A stretch of DNA of 61,991 nt, counting the filler, from Gemmatimonadota bacterium (lineage in GTDB: Bacteria; 4572-55; J002), in assembly GCA_003697105.1 (NCBI GenBank). It is 6 parts of 6 records of this genome, joined end to end, with 100 filler letters (N's around TTAATTAATTAA, not from the genome) between each part and the next. Parts side by side here need not be neighbours in the genome. Positions count along the whole stretch, not along the records: positions 11,643 to 33,543 come from RFFQ01000101.1; positions 33,644 to 42,971 come from RFFQ01000103.1; 4 more parts are not named here. One strand, given 5' to 3'. Positions 30,354-40,034 of this stretch are shown one piece after another (positions within the stretch are counted from its first letter, which is position 1; every line of letters starts with the position of its first letter). Under the pieces are notes generated by a model, which worked only from the letters and a program-made list of their open reading frames with translations, did no database searches and was not told where the DNA came from. The position numbers and the translations under genes were made by a program.

Positions 30354-32024
30354 TTATTGGTCATGTGACGGGCTGTAACAATATGCGCCCACATAGAATG
30401 GATTGTATAAGACTTCAACACCATCCTGATCCGCCGTAAAATTATAGTTAGTAATCAAATCCCAATCGAGATCAGAGGAGCCATTACCCCCATTCCAATC
30501 AAAAGTATGCCGGGCAAGACCCTGATTATTACAAATCCCTTGTCCAAATTGAGCCGAGGGCAAGAAATTTGTCTGGCGGAGTGTATGATCATTGGCATTA
30601 TCACCTCTTTGAGAAGCGCCATTATCTTGGTAAAAAAGGTAATTCGGAAAATTCAGGGACTGTTCAAGGTAACCCATGCGCACACTGGAGGCAATTAGGA
30701 CGTCTGCCCGTCCTCCGCGCACCGTAAGTTCCACATAATCAAAACTAGAAGGTACGGTGGATTCTACATTGCCGCCAACAGGATTATACTGCCAACTACC
30801 GGGTTCTGCGGCGCCAGCAGGGGCTTCATCCGGGGCATCACCCGGAGCGTAGCTATAGGTATCCCCTTGTGGAGTATCAAAGGGTACATTACCGGCACGA
30901 CCCCCATTACCACCCAATGCCGCTTCCAGAATATCCCGAAGTTGGTCGGCGGTGAAGTCACCGAGATCATTCGGATCGGCGAACAACAAATCCGACTGCC
31001 AGGTCAAAGTATAGGAACGCCCATCCGGATCCAATACCGTAAAGGTAATCGAATTTGTCTCTTTATTCACCTCATCGACCGTAAGGCTCCCTCCACCAGA
31101 GCCTCCAGCCGGAGCGCCTAACACAAATTGAGTACCGCCCCCATCTTGGCGAAGGGTACCATTTGCCGCAAAACGGGTTAATTGGAATTGCGCCAGTTTA
31201 CTAACCTGTAATCCTTCAAATTGGGGGTCTTCCCATGTAATGTCCGCAAATTCTGGGTCTTCGATAACCGTGGCAAAGATCGGGTGATTATTTTTGTCAA
31301 CAGCTTGTTCCCATTCACCGCTCAGATGATTGTAGGTGCGAACCAACAGGGTTGTTCCCACAAACTGCAACGCTCGTAGGCTGAAGGTCACCGTTACCGG
31401 TTGGTTGAATTCGACATCACTCGGACCCAATTCTGTTGCGGCTAAATAATCAAAAATAGAAAGACCCATTTCGGTTTCCGTGTGTCGCAACGGCGTTACC
31501 GAAAGTTCTTTTGTTGCATTTAAAGCCCCGGCAGGTACATCCAACCGAATATTAATGGGTTTTTCAAACATTTCTGTCGTGCTTTCAATCGTGCCGCCAC
31601 CACGGGTGATCACTTGACGAACGGCTGCCGGTTTGGCATATAACGTCATAATCGAAGTACGCGCCATCTTACCGACGATTTCAATGTGACTGGAAGTGCT
31701 GATGTAGCCTTCTTTACGGGCAATCACCGTCATCATTGAGGCATCGACCTGATCGGCTTCAAAATAGTAGTTACCAAGTAAATCAGTCATTACCCGCAAC
31801 AACAACAGGCCGTCTTCATCCACTAGGTCGACGGTTACATCTGCTACCGGTTGGTTATTGATATCCACGACTTTACCTTCCACCACGAGGGGTTCCGGCT
31901 GGGTATCGGACGGTGGGATATAAGGCTCAGGGGCAGTTGTCAATTTTTCAGAATCCGAACAGTTCATCAACACCATCCCGCCGATCAAAATCAAAAACAA
32001 CCATAAAAAAGAAAAGTTACGCAT
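30354..32024 (-). CDS. Hypothetical lipoprotein (carboxypeptidase-regulatory-like and ZU5-like segments)
   Basis: Lipobox LMN-C; VEGKVVDINNQPV...TDLLGNY; RLDVPAGAL...ELGPSDVEFNQPVTVTF. Confidence 0.7.
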   Translation of the reverse strand: MRNFSFLWLFLILIGGMVLMNCSDSEKLTTAPEPYIPPSDTQPEPLVVEGKVVDINNQPVADVTVDLVDEDGLLLLRVMTDLLGNYYFEADQVDASMMTVIARKEGYISTSSHIEIVGKMARTSIMTLYAKPAAVRQVITRGGGTIESTTEMFEKPINIRLDVPAGALNATKELSVTPLRHTETEMGLSIFDYLAATELGPSDVEFNQPVTVTFSLRALQFVGTTLLVRTYNHLSGEWEQAVDKNNHPIFATVIEDPEFADITWEDPQFEGLQVSKLAQFQLTRFAANGTLRQDGGGTQFVLGAPAGGSGGGSLTVDEVNKETNSITFTVLDPDGRSYTLTWQSDLLFADPNDLGDFTADQLRDILEAALGGNGGRAGNVPFDTPQGDTYSYAPGDAPDEAPAGAAEPGSWQYNPVGGNVESTVPSSFDYVELTVRGGRADVLIASSVRMGYLEQSLNFPNYLFYQDNGASQRGDNANDHTLRQTNFLPSAQFGQGICNNQGLARHTFDWNGGNGSSDLDWDLITNYNFTADQDGVEVLYNPFYVGAYCYSPSHDQ

Positions 32025-32050
32025 ATGAAAATCTCCTCTACTAACGGGTT

Positions 32051-32080
32051 AAAAAAGAGGGAAGTGATTCACACTTCCCT
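32051..32080 (-). terminator. Intrinsic terminator after the cyclase gene
   Basis: AGGGAAGTG / CACTTCCCT with T-run on the minus strand. Confidence 0.6.
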
Positions 32081-32081
32081 G

Positions 32082-33543
32082 TTATTCAATCGCTTCCACA
32101 AAATACATCCGCATGTTGCCCTTTCCTTTGACTTCCTGCGGTTGGCGTGGGATGAATTTTACCGGAATGTTGAACGCTTCTACATTTTCCTGCAAAATGG
32201 AATAGGTCATCTCCGAGATGTTAATCCGCATCGGTTCGGAGTTGCTTTCCATTCGGCTGGCAGTATTTACGGTATCCCCAAAAATATCATACAAATATTT
32301 TTTGGTCCCGACAACCCCCCCCACAACTTCCCCAGAGTGGATCCCGATCCGGATGTACCAGGTTAGGTCATGTGTTCGGTTCCGGTTTTTTAGATATTCA
32401 AGGATTTCAAGTGCGGCATTCACTAAATTATGAGCATGATGTTCGTTTGGTTGCGGCATTCCACAAACCGCTAAATAGGCATCCCCGATGGTTTTAATAC
32501 GCTCACAGCGATTTTTCTCCATAATTTCATCAAATCGGGTAAATAAGTCGCTGAGTTCATTAATGATCACCCCTGCCGGTAGTCCCGAAGATATTTTGGT
32601 AAATCCAGCAAAGTCCGAGAAAAAGACCGATACATCATGGAACAATTCGGGTTCGGTTTTGCCGGTTTCCTTGAGGTCGTTCACAATACTTTGAGGTAGA
32701 ATGTTCAGCAATAATCGTTCACTTTTCTCCCGTTCGCGGGCAAGTTCCACATTACGCAAACGATAAATTTCAGCTTCACGCTTATTTTTTTCGCTTTCAT
32801 AGCGCGTTTGCATTTCGGCAATTTGACGACTCTTTTCTTCATTAAAAATAGATTCCTTCAATTCTGCATAACGGCGGTAATAGTCTAGTGCAGATTGATA
32901 ATCGCCTTCAATTTCAGCTAACTCTGACATCGTTTTGTAGAAATTGAATTCGAGATCTTTTACCCCGATCTCCAGTGCTATACTTAAACCCTGTTGTAAC
33001 CAGAGGCGAGCCGCTTTTAGGTTTCCAAGTACAATTTCAGCATCCCCCATACTCAATTTTGAGCGGGCAATACCATATTTATCTTTCAATTTTTCATAAA
33101 TGTTCAAGGCGTTTCGATGAAATTCTAGAGATTTCTCAGACTCACCTTTTTTATGATAATAGTCTGCGATATTACTATAACAGTGGGCAATGCCATTTTG
33201 GTCACCAATGGCTTCTCGTATTGCTAGTGACTTTTGGTAATATGTGAGTGCTTGGTCATATTCTTCTTGCAGCCAATATACAATCCCAATATTATTGTAT
33301 GATCCTGCCGCGCCATACCGGTCTCCAATGGCTTCAAATGTTTCGCGGGAACGGTTGTAATACTCCAAGGCTTGTTCAAAATATTGTTGATCTTGATAAA
33401 CGACCCCAATATTATGATACGTTCGGGCAATTCGAACTTTGTCGCCCACCTCATCGTAAATTTTGATGGCTTTCATGTAGTATTCTAACGCTTGGTCATA
33501 ATCACTCAGATTTTTATAGACAATACCTATATTGGAATAACAC
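32082..33543 (-). CDS. TPR-containing class III adenylate/guanylate cyclase (5' truncated)
   Basis: TPRs (YNNIG), ERLLLNILP, FSDFAGFT, KTIGDAY, RIGIHSG, YDIFGDTVNTASRMES; frame open to the linker. Confidence 0.93.
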
Positions 33544-33643
33544 NNNNNNNNNNNNNNNNNNNNNNNNNNNNNNNNNNNNNNNNNNNNTTAATTAATTAAN
33601 NNNNNNNNNNNNNNNNNNNNNNNNNNNNNNNNNNNNNNNNNNN
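33544..33643. other. Artificial contig linker
   Basis: 44 N + TTAATTAATTAA + 44 N. Confidence 0.97.
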
Positions 33644-33778
33644 CCTAAATAATTTATTGTCTGATAAAATACCAATCAAATTTAAAACCCGATGAATTTG
33701 CCCAGTCAACAGAATTTAAATTCAATAAACTGGTAGCCACCAAACCGGTTTAATACGGTTAGCCTTTGTTGAAAAAGG

Positions 33779-33807
33779 TTGATTCCGCGCCTCGGAACAT
33801 CTATAAT
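33779..33807 (+). promoter_or_regulatory. Sigma70-type promoter for the ProRS-like gene
   Basis: TTGATT-17 nt-TATAAT. Confidence 0.7.
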
Positions 33808-33896
33808 GCACCGGTCCCAATCGATTCGGTTCTCCAGTAATGGGGGTGGGGCAGAATAATCCTTCATTTTTTAGAACATCTTGATACGGAAAAGCC

Positions 33897-35549
33897 ATGC
33901 GTTGGACTCAATCTGCTATCCAGACTCAAAACACCGTTCCGGGGGACGTAAATGTAACGTCGCTTGCTTTGCTCCTCCAAGGAGGTTTCCTCGACCTGTA
34001 TGCCAGCGGGTTCTTTCACTATTTGCCCCTTGGTCAACGGATGCTTCAAAATCTGATCACCACTTTCAAAGCCAAATTGGCACTGTTAAACGGGCAAGAA
34101 TTCATTCTTTCACCCCTTATCTGGGATATGAACGGGTTGCACGATACGGGGATGCCGCGGTTTACCGTTTCTGACCAGCATGACCGGTATTTTTCCCTGC
34201 CAGATTCACATCTGGTTGAATTTATAAAACTGGCGACGAAACGATTACGAAGCTATCGGGATTTGCCGCAGGTGTGGTACCAAATTCAGCCCCATTTTAT
34301 TGATTGGGCAAAACCCAAATCCGGTTTGGTGCAGAGCCGTGCCTATTGGCTCGGGGAAGTGTATCTCTTTAGCCCTAATGAATCTACCCGGCGAGAACTG
34401 GCAGATCATCTCAAAATGTTCCATCTACAATGGTTTCAACAGTGTGGCATTCCGGTAATTCAGACCAAAACGGGCGATTTCCTGCTCTCTCCCACTGGCG
34501 AACAACGGGTGGTCGGTTGTGCCAACTGCGGGTATTATGCAGATCAACAAATTGCCCCAACCGTTGCAAAATCGTATCCTAGCGGAGATATGGAGACCAC
34601 AGCTAAAAACGTGCATACACCAAACAAGCGCACCATTGGCGAAGTATCAGCTTTTCTGGGGATTCCGGCACACCGGTTCATCAAAACCTTGCTGTTTATG
34701 GTTGATGAGACGCCGCACTTGGTACTGATCCGGGGGGATCATGATGCCAGCGAACCCAAGTTAAGAGAGCATTTTGGCGATGCCCATCTCCGCACGGCGA
34801 CGGCAACTGAAATTGAACAGATATTAAAAACGCCGGTTGGTTTTTTGGGACCTCAAGGGCGCACCGGCATTCCCATTACGGCGGATATAGCGCTAAAGGG
34901 AGCGGTTGGGATGGTCACCGGTGCGAATATCGATCAATATCATACTATTGGGCTTACTGTGGGACAGGATTTCCCAGTGGATCGGTGGGCGGATGTGCGT
35001 TTGGCACAGGAAGGGGATGGCTGCCCACAGTGTTCACAACCGGTAGCATCGTACCGCGCAATCCAGTTGGTACACCGGCGCGAAATCATCCGTACATCCG
35101 CCACATTTCAGGATGCCAACGGTGTGGATCAGCCACTTCAAGTGAGTATGAGCCATCTTTTTTTGGAGCGCCTCATCGCGGCGCTCATTGAGGTCAATCA
35201 TGATGATGATGGCATCTGTTTTCCCCCGCTTGCGGCACCGTTCGCCGTCATAATTTTACCGTTAAATATGGCAGATGACGCCACCCGAAATGTCGCGGAA
35301 GACCTGTACCGGCAGTGCCAGCAACGGGGTATTTCCGTCTTAATGGATGACCGGGATGCCCATCCCGGGGTGAAATTCAAAGATGCCGACCGGATCGGTT
35401 GCCCCTACCGGCTCGTGATCGGTCGCCGGGGATTGAAAAATAACACCGTTGAAATTCAAATTCGTCGCACTCAGGCGAAAATGAGCATTCCGTATGATCA
35501 GGTGATGGATCAGCTTACTCAATTGCTTTCAACGGATTCATCAGCATAG
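33897..35549 (+). CDS. Bacterial-type prolyl-tRNA synthetase paralog with degenerate catalytic domain and intact INS editing and anticodon-binding domains
   Basis: ProRS architecture (SYRDLP..YQIQ; INS: VHTP, IKTL, IRGDH, GFLGP, GAN...H; anticodon domain DDR...GVKFKDAD.IG.P); motif 2, motif 3 and Pro-binding residues substituted. Confidence 0.85.
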   Translation: MRWTQSAIQTQNTVPGDVNVTSLALLLQGGFLDLYASGFFHYLPLGQRMLQNLITTFKAKLALLNGQEFILSPLIWDMNGLHDTGMPRFTVSDQHDRYFSLPDSHLVEFIKLATKRLRSYRDLPQVWYQIQPHFIDWAKPKSGLVQSRAYWLGEVYLFSPNESTRRELADHLKMFHLQWFQQCGIPVIQTKTGDFLLSPTGEQRVVGCANCGYYADQQIAPTVAKSYPSGDMETTAKNVHTPNKRTIGEVSAFLGIPAHRFIKTLLFMVDETPHLVLIRGDHDASEPKLREHFGDAHLRTATATEIEQILKTPVGFLGPQGRTGIPITADIALKGAVGMVTGANIDQYHTIGLTVGQDFPVDRWADVRLAQEGDGCPQCSQPVASYRAIQLVHRREIIRTSATFQDANGVDQPLQVSMSHLFLERLIAALIEVNHDDDGICFPPLAAPFAVIILPLNMADDATRNVAEDLYRQCQQRGISVLMDDRDAHPGVKFKDADRIGCPYRLVIGRRGLKNNTVEIQIRRTQAKMSIPYDQVMDQLTQLLSTDSSA

Positions 35550-35667
35550 CGTGTCATGATTTTTGCAGATATTTACAAAACGAACTGTAAAATTACACGA
35601 TAGCTTCTTTATCGTGTTGAGATTCTGCAAATTTCTGCAAAAAATCAACTGTAAAAAGGAGTCTCCG

Positions 35668-38001
35668 ATGCGAACCCTGTTAAGTATCCTCCTCTGTGTT
35701 GCCAGTTTTAACATAGCCCACGCCGAAACATGGCAGTGGGAAACCTACACCAACCCCAATTATGTGAATCATATTTGTGTCGAAAATGATACCCTTTGGT
35801 GGTCAACCACCGGGGGCGTCGTTCAATTTAATACCCAAATGGATACCGTGGTTCGCATTTATCACCGGGAGGACGGGTTAAGCGGCAATTATGTCACCTG
35901 TTCGGTGATTGACCCGTATGGGAATCACTGGTTTGGAACGCGCGATCATTATATGACCCGATTGACTCCTCAGGGGGAATGGACGGTTTATGATGAATTT
36001 GATGGCATCCGTACCAACGCCCAAATCAATTGTGCAACGATCATTGGTGATACCCTCTGGATTGGGACGAGTCAGGGTGTGGGGGTGCTGGATGTGCGCC
36101 GCCCGCAAAACGGATTTTTATGGCTGGATACGAACGATGGATTAGTCAATAACAATGTTCAGGTTATCCAAAAATTTAAGGGAGACCTCTGGTTTGGGAC
36201 GCGGGGAGGTATTTCCATCTGGCATCATTTTCAGGAATGGACAAACTACACCCCAGAATATTTTGCCCGTGCCGATGGCGCAGATTGCCGGGGACTGGTA
36301 CAGGATTGGGAAGGTGGGGTCGTCTCTGCCAGCAAACGCGGATTGTATCGCTTGGCACCACAAGAAGAGGAATGGGATTTGATTGGCAACCTTAACAACC
36401 GGCAATTATTAACAATTGCGGTATATGATTCCAGTATTTGGACTTCCAGTTATGTCTCTTCATCTTCGGCACACCTGTATCGGGTCTATTTTGATGGAAG
36501 TCGGTGGCAAAGTGAGACCGTCGAAACAGGGCTTAACGGATTGGGACGGAGTTTAGCTTTTGCCGTGGATTCCCAAAACCGGCTCTGGACCTCCGATTGG
36601 GGTGCGGGCGTCGCCGTTTTAGAGAATGGCAACACCTGGCGGGATTTTAGCGCCCCCGGTATTGTGGGCAATCATGTCCGTAAAGTGGATCGTGCCCCCA
36701 ATGGTGACTTGTGGCTCGCGGTCGAGTCCGATTACGGGGCAAACAGCGAACCCATTGAATACAAGCAACAAGAGGGCGGCGCGGCACGGTTTTCCATCGA
36801 ACTCAATCAGTGGGTCAATTACACCCGGGCGGACGGGTTACTGATGAATACGGTTAAATCCATGTGTGTTACCCAAGATGGGCGGGCGTGGTTCTCCCAA
36901 TGGCCCTACGGATTTATGGAATTGGATGATCAGGGTACCGTTGATAAAGAAGACGACACATGGTCGCAAGTCCGACGACCTACAATTCACAGCGAGGTAG
37001 TTTACCGCCTGTTTCGAGACCCCGCAGGGTTCAGTTGGGTTGGTACGTTGTTTTGGGAGAGCAATAATGGCATCCATCAAGGCGGCGTGGAGGTCGAAAA
37101 CCCCGAAACCGGTGAATTCACGTTTTGGGGACACCCACAGGTGATCTCATTTGATAAAAACAACATCCGGGATAATGTGGAAATTTACGACATTCATCTG
37201 GCAGATGATGGCTTGTACTGGCTCGCCGGTTTTGGTGGAATTTCGGTAATTGACACACGCGGAACACTTTTCGACCCCACAGATGACCGCACCGAACGCT
37301 GGGACGCAGAAAATGAAGGGCTATTGGCACTAGAGACCTATTGTGTCACCACAGATGCTCAAGGCATCGTCTGGATCGGGGGGTTAGGCGGTCTGAATCG
37401 CTTGGATGTAAACGGCACCCCTTTTGATAAATCAGATGACAATATTCAAGTGATTTTTGAACTGCCTGTGGAAGAATTAACCATCGATCCAGAGGGCAAC
37501 CTTTGGTGCGCTACCCGTAATTACGGCGTGATTCGCTATAACCCGGCAACCGGTGAGCAACTGACCATCGATTCCGACCGTTACCCGCTGAGTTCGGATG
37601 TGGTCAACAGTGTCTCGATTGAGGAAAACGGTACGGAGCGCATCGTCTGGTTTTCCACCGGTTTGGGACTGAACAAACTGACCATTGACCTCACCGGTAG
37701 CGATCCCAACCCCGGTGATGAGGTCAGCGAGGGACCCTATCCCAATCCGTTTCAGCCCTCGGCGGGACACACGCACCTAACGTTTGAAAATCTCACCAAT
37801 GAAGGCACACTTCAAATTTTTGACCTGAGCGGGGATTTAGTCCATGAAGTGAATCTCGAAGCTGAAATGGCACCCTCCAGCACCCTTTGGCAGTGGGATG
37901 GAACAAATACCAGAGGTGCTGATGTCGCCAGTGGCGTCTATATTTACCGCGTGGATTCACCGTCTGGTATCCGCACCGGTAAATTTGCAATCATCCGTTA
38001 A
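35668..38001 (+). CDS. PorZ-like secreted beta-propeller protein with C-terminal FlgD-Ig/T9SS-like domain
   Basis: AAGGAG RBS, signal peptide, WETYTN start, repeated DGL..N.V / LWFGT blades, PYPNPF...WDG...ASGVYIY...GKFAIIR. Confidence 0.8.
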   Translation: MRTLLSILLCVASFNIAHAETWQWETYTNPNYVNHICVENDTLWWSTTGGVVQFNTQMDTVVRIYHREDGLSGNYVTCSVIDPYGNHWFGTRDHYMTRLTPQGEWTVYDEFDGIRTNAQINCATIIGDTLWIGTSQGVGVLDVRRPQNGFLWLDTNDGLVNNNVQVIQKFKGDLWFGTRGGISIWHHFQEWTNYTPEYFARADGADCRGLVQDWEGGVVSASKRGLYRLAPQEEEWDLIGNLNNRQLLTIAVYDSSIWTSSYVSSSSAHLYRVYFDGSRWQSETVETGLNGLGRSLAFAVDSQNRLWTSDWGAGVAVLENGNTWRDFSAPGIVGNHVRKVDRAPNGDLWLAVESDYGANSEPIEYKQQEGGAARFSIELNQWVNYTRADGLLMNTVKSMCVTQDGRAWFSQWPYGFMELDDQGTVDKEDDTWSQVRRPTIHSEVVYRLFRDPAGFSWVGTLFWESNNGIHQGGVEVENPETGEFTFWGHPQVISFDKNNIRDNVEIYDIHLADDGLYWLAGFGGISVIDTRGTLFDPTDDRTERWDAENEGLLALETYCVTTDAQGIVWIGGLGGLNRLDVNGTPFDKSDDNIQVIFELPVEELTIDPEGNLWCATRNYGVIRYNPATGEQLTIDSDRYPLSSDVVNSVSIEENGTERIVWFSTGLGLNKLTIDLTGSDPNPGDEVSEGPYPNPFQPSAGHTHLTFENLTNEGTLQIFDLSGDLVHEVNLEAEMAPSSTLWQWDGTNTRGADVASGVYIYRVDSPSGIRTGKFAIIR

Positions 38002-39116
38002 TGTTTGCTTCCATCCGATGTCAAAATGTACTGATTTACCTGATCCTGCTGGCGATCAGTAGTTTGTATTTGGTCAAGTATGGTGGACGAATCACCCCGC
38101 ATTATGGGTGGCTCACCGCCGCCTACGGAGTCCTCGGGTGTGGGGTATTTTTTATGTGGCATCGCCGGTATCATCGATTGGCATTTGATCTAAACCGGCG
38201 TTACCAGATGGCCCTCTTACTCCTGTTGATCGGGTTGGGGGTATTGGTGATGAGCATCATCCCAATCAAAACACAGGTCGGGCGGGCAATTGCCATTCAG
38301 GAATGGTTAGAAAATCTGTTTCAAGGGCAATTCCCTTACCGCGCCGAATCGCTACCTTCCGGTTTTCCCGTTCTCTTTTTGATTGCCGCTCCATTTTATC
38401 TTCTCGGCGACATTGGTTATCTGGAAGTCATTGGGATCGCTCTTTTTGTCATTCTGGTGGGGTTATATTCTCAGCCGGCGGATCGACTGCTGCGGTTGTG
38501 GGTTCTCTTCAGCTTGCCAACAACCTACTACGAACTTCTGACCCGCAGCGAACTGTTCACCAACATGGTACTGGTGATCACCTTCATTTTCGCGGCAGAG
38601 ATGTGGCTCAATCCTGAAAAAATAGACCGATATTTTATCCTGTTAGCGATACTCGCAGGCTTGCTTTTATCCACACGCTTAATTGTCGCGGAAGTGCTTG
38701 CCATATACGGTATATACACCTTTCGGGATCAACTCCGGCACGGATTTTTGTTCGCCGGGATCATGAGTGCCACATTTGCGCTCACGCTGTTGCCTTTTGT
38801 GCTGTGGGATGCCGATTATTTCGTTTGCCACGGACCTTTTCAGAGACAGGGTCAATACTTACCAACTTTGTGGATGATTGATTTTTTGATCCTGAGCCTA
38901 CTCACCAGTTGGCACATTCGCTCCATCCGTGCCGTGTTTTTTACCAGCGGAATATTTTTAATGGGGATCGTCTCGGCGGGATTTATTCGTGCCGTTATGC
39001 TCGTCGGGTTACAAAATACCCTATTTGCCAATGACTTTGATATCGCATATTTTATCTTTTGTGTACCGTTTTTTATTTTCGCGATTGAAACACCCAGAGG
39101 AAAGGAGTCAACATGA
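38001..39116 (+). CDS. Polytopic membrane protein (possible GT-C-type glycosyltransferase)
   Basis: Many hydrophobic segments, G.FPY...SGFP loop; translationally coupled to both neighbours. Confidence 0.6.
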   Translation: MFASIRCQNVLIYLILLAISSLYLVKYGGRITPHYGWLTAAYGVLGCGVFFMWHRRYHRLAFDLNRRYQMALLLLLIGLGVLVMSIIPIKTQVGRAIAIQEWLENLFQGQFPYRAESLPSGFPVLFLIAAPFYLLGDIGYLEVIGIALFVILVGLYSQPADRLLRLWVLFSLPTTYYELLTRSELFTNMVLVITFIFAAEMWLNPEKIDRYFILLAILAGLLLSTRLIVAEVLAIYGIYTFRDQLRHGFLFAGIMSATFALTLLPFVLWDADYFVCHGPFQRQGQYLPTLWMIDFLILSLLTSWHIRSIRAVFFTSGIFLMGIVSAGFIRAVMLVGLQNTLFANDFDIAYFIFCVPFFIFAIETPRGKEST

Positions 39117-39889
39117 TCGATATAATTGTGACCGGCGCGTATGGCAGGATGGGGCACCGGCTGGCGGAATGCATCGTGGAAGACCCGCAACTCCATTTAG
39201 CCGGATTAACCGAACATCCAGAGCACCCACAATTGGGCACGCCGGTGTGTGGGGTTGAGGTATGCACCGATTTAAAAGAAATTATTGACAAAGGACTTGT
39301 TATTATTGATTTTACCACCCCGCAAGCCTCCGTGAACGCCGCCCAACTGGCAGTTGCTCACCAAAAAGCATTTATTTGCGGCACAACCGGCTTTTCTCCC
39401 GAACAATTGTCTGTGCTAAAACATGCCGGCTCTAAAATTCCGGTAGTGTATTCGCCAAATATGAGCGTGGGAGTCAATCTATTATTCAAATTAGTTGCCG
39501 ATGTGGCATCTCTGTTGAACGAGGGTTACGATGTGGAAATTGTAGAAGCCCATCACCGTTATAAAAAAGATGCCCCCAGCGGGACAGCACAGCGGCTAGC
39601 TGACATCATCGCGGATACGTGGAATCTGGACCCAAAACAGGCGTTTGAATACGGAAGAGAGGGTCTTACTGGCGAACGAAAAGACCACATTATCGGAGTT
39701 CATGCCGTGCGTGGCGGCGACATCGTCGGAGAACACACCGTCAGCTTTATCGGCTTAGGTGAACGCCTAGAATTAACCCACAAAGCTCACAGCCGGGATA
39801 CCTTCATCCGCGGAGCACTAAGCGCCGCCAAATGGATTGTAAATCAACCGGCGGGTTTCTACACCATGCACGATATTTTGAGTTCGTGA
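39113..39889 (+). CDS. dapB: 4-hydroxy-tetrahydrodipicolinate reductase
   Basis: GAYGRMG, IDFT, GTTG, EAHHRYKKDAPSGTA. Confidence 0.97.
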   Translation: MIDIIVTGAYGRMGHRLAECIVEDPQLHLAGLTEHPEHPQLGTPVCGVEVCTDLKEIIDKGLVIIDFTTPQASVNAAQLAVAHQKAFICGTTGFSPEQLSVLKHAGSKIPVVYSPNMSVGVNLLFKLVADVASLLNEGYDVEIVEAHHRYKKDAPSGTAQRLADIIADTWNLDPKQAFEYGREGLTGERKDHIIGVHAVRGGDIVGEHTVSFIGLGERLELTHKAHSRDTFIRGALSAAKWIVNQPAGFYTMHDILSS

Positions 39890-39999
39890 GTTGGGGAGTT
39901 GGGGAGTTTGGGAGTTCGTGAGTTGGGGAGTTCGGGAGTTTAGGAGTTGACGAGTTGGGGAGTTCGGGAGTTCGGGAGTTTGGGAGTTTGGGAGTTTTT
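39880..39999 (+). repeat. Tandem array of 15 octamers GAGTTnnn (mostly GAGTTnGG)
   Basis: Direct inspection: exact 8-nt phase, invariant GAGTT. Confidence 0.9.
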
Positions 40000-40034
40000 G
40001 TACACTGCTAACTGTAAACGGCTAAGAGGTGATT

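Noticed and set aside
33897-35549. Ordinary proS
   Set aside because: Motif 2 Arg, the Pro-binding residues and the motif 3 glycines are missing, so no gene symbol was assigned.
39880-39999. Possible CRISPR array
   Set aside because: Period is 8 nt with no unique spacers, and there are no cas genes in the window.
40000-40034. preQ1 riboswitch before yhhQ
   Set aside because: Plausible context, but I could not find the P1 stem and A-rich 3' tail.
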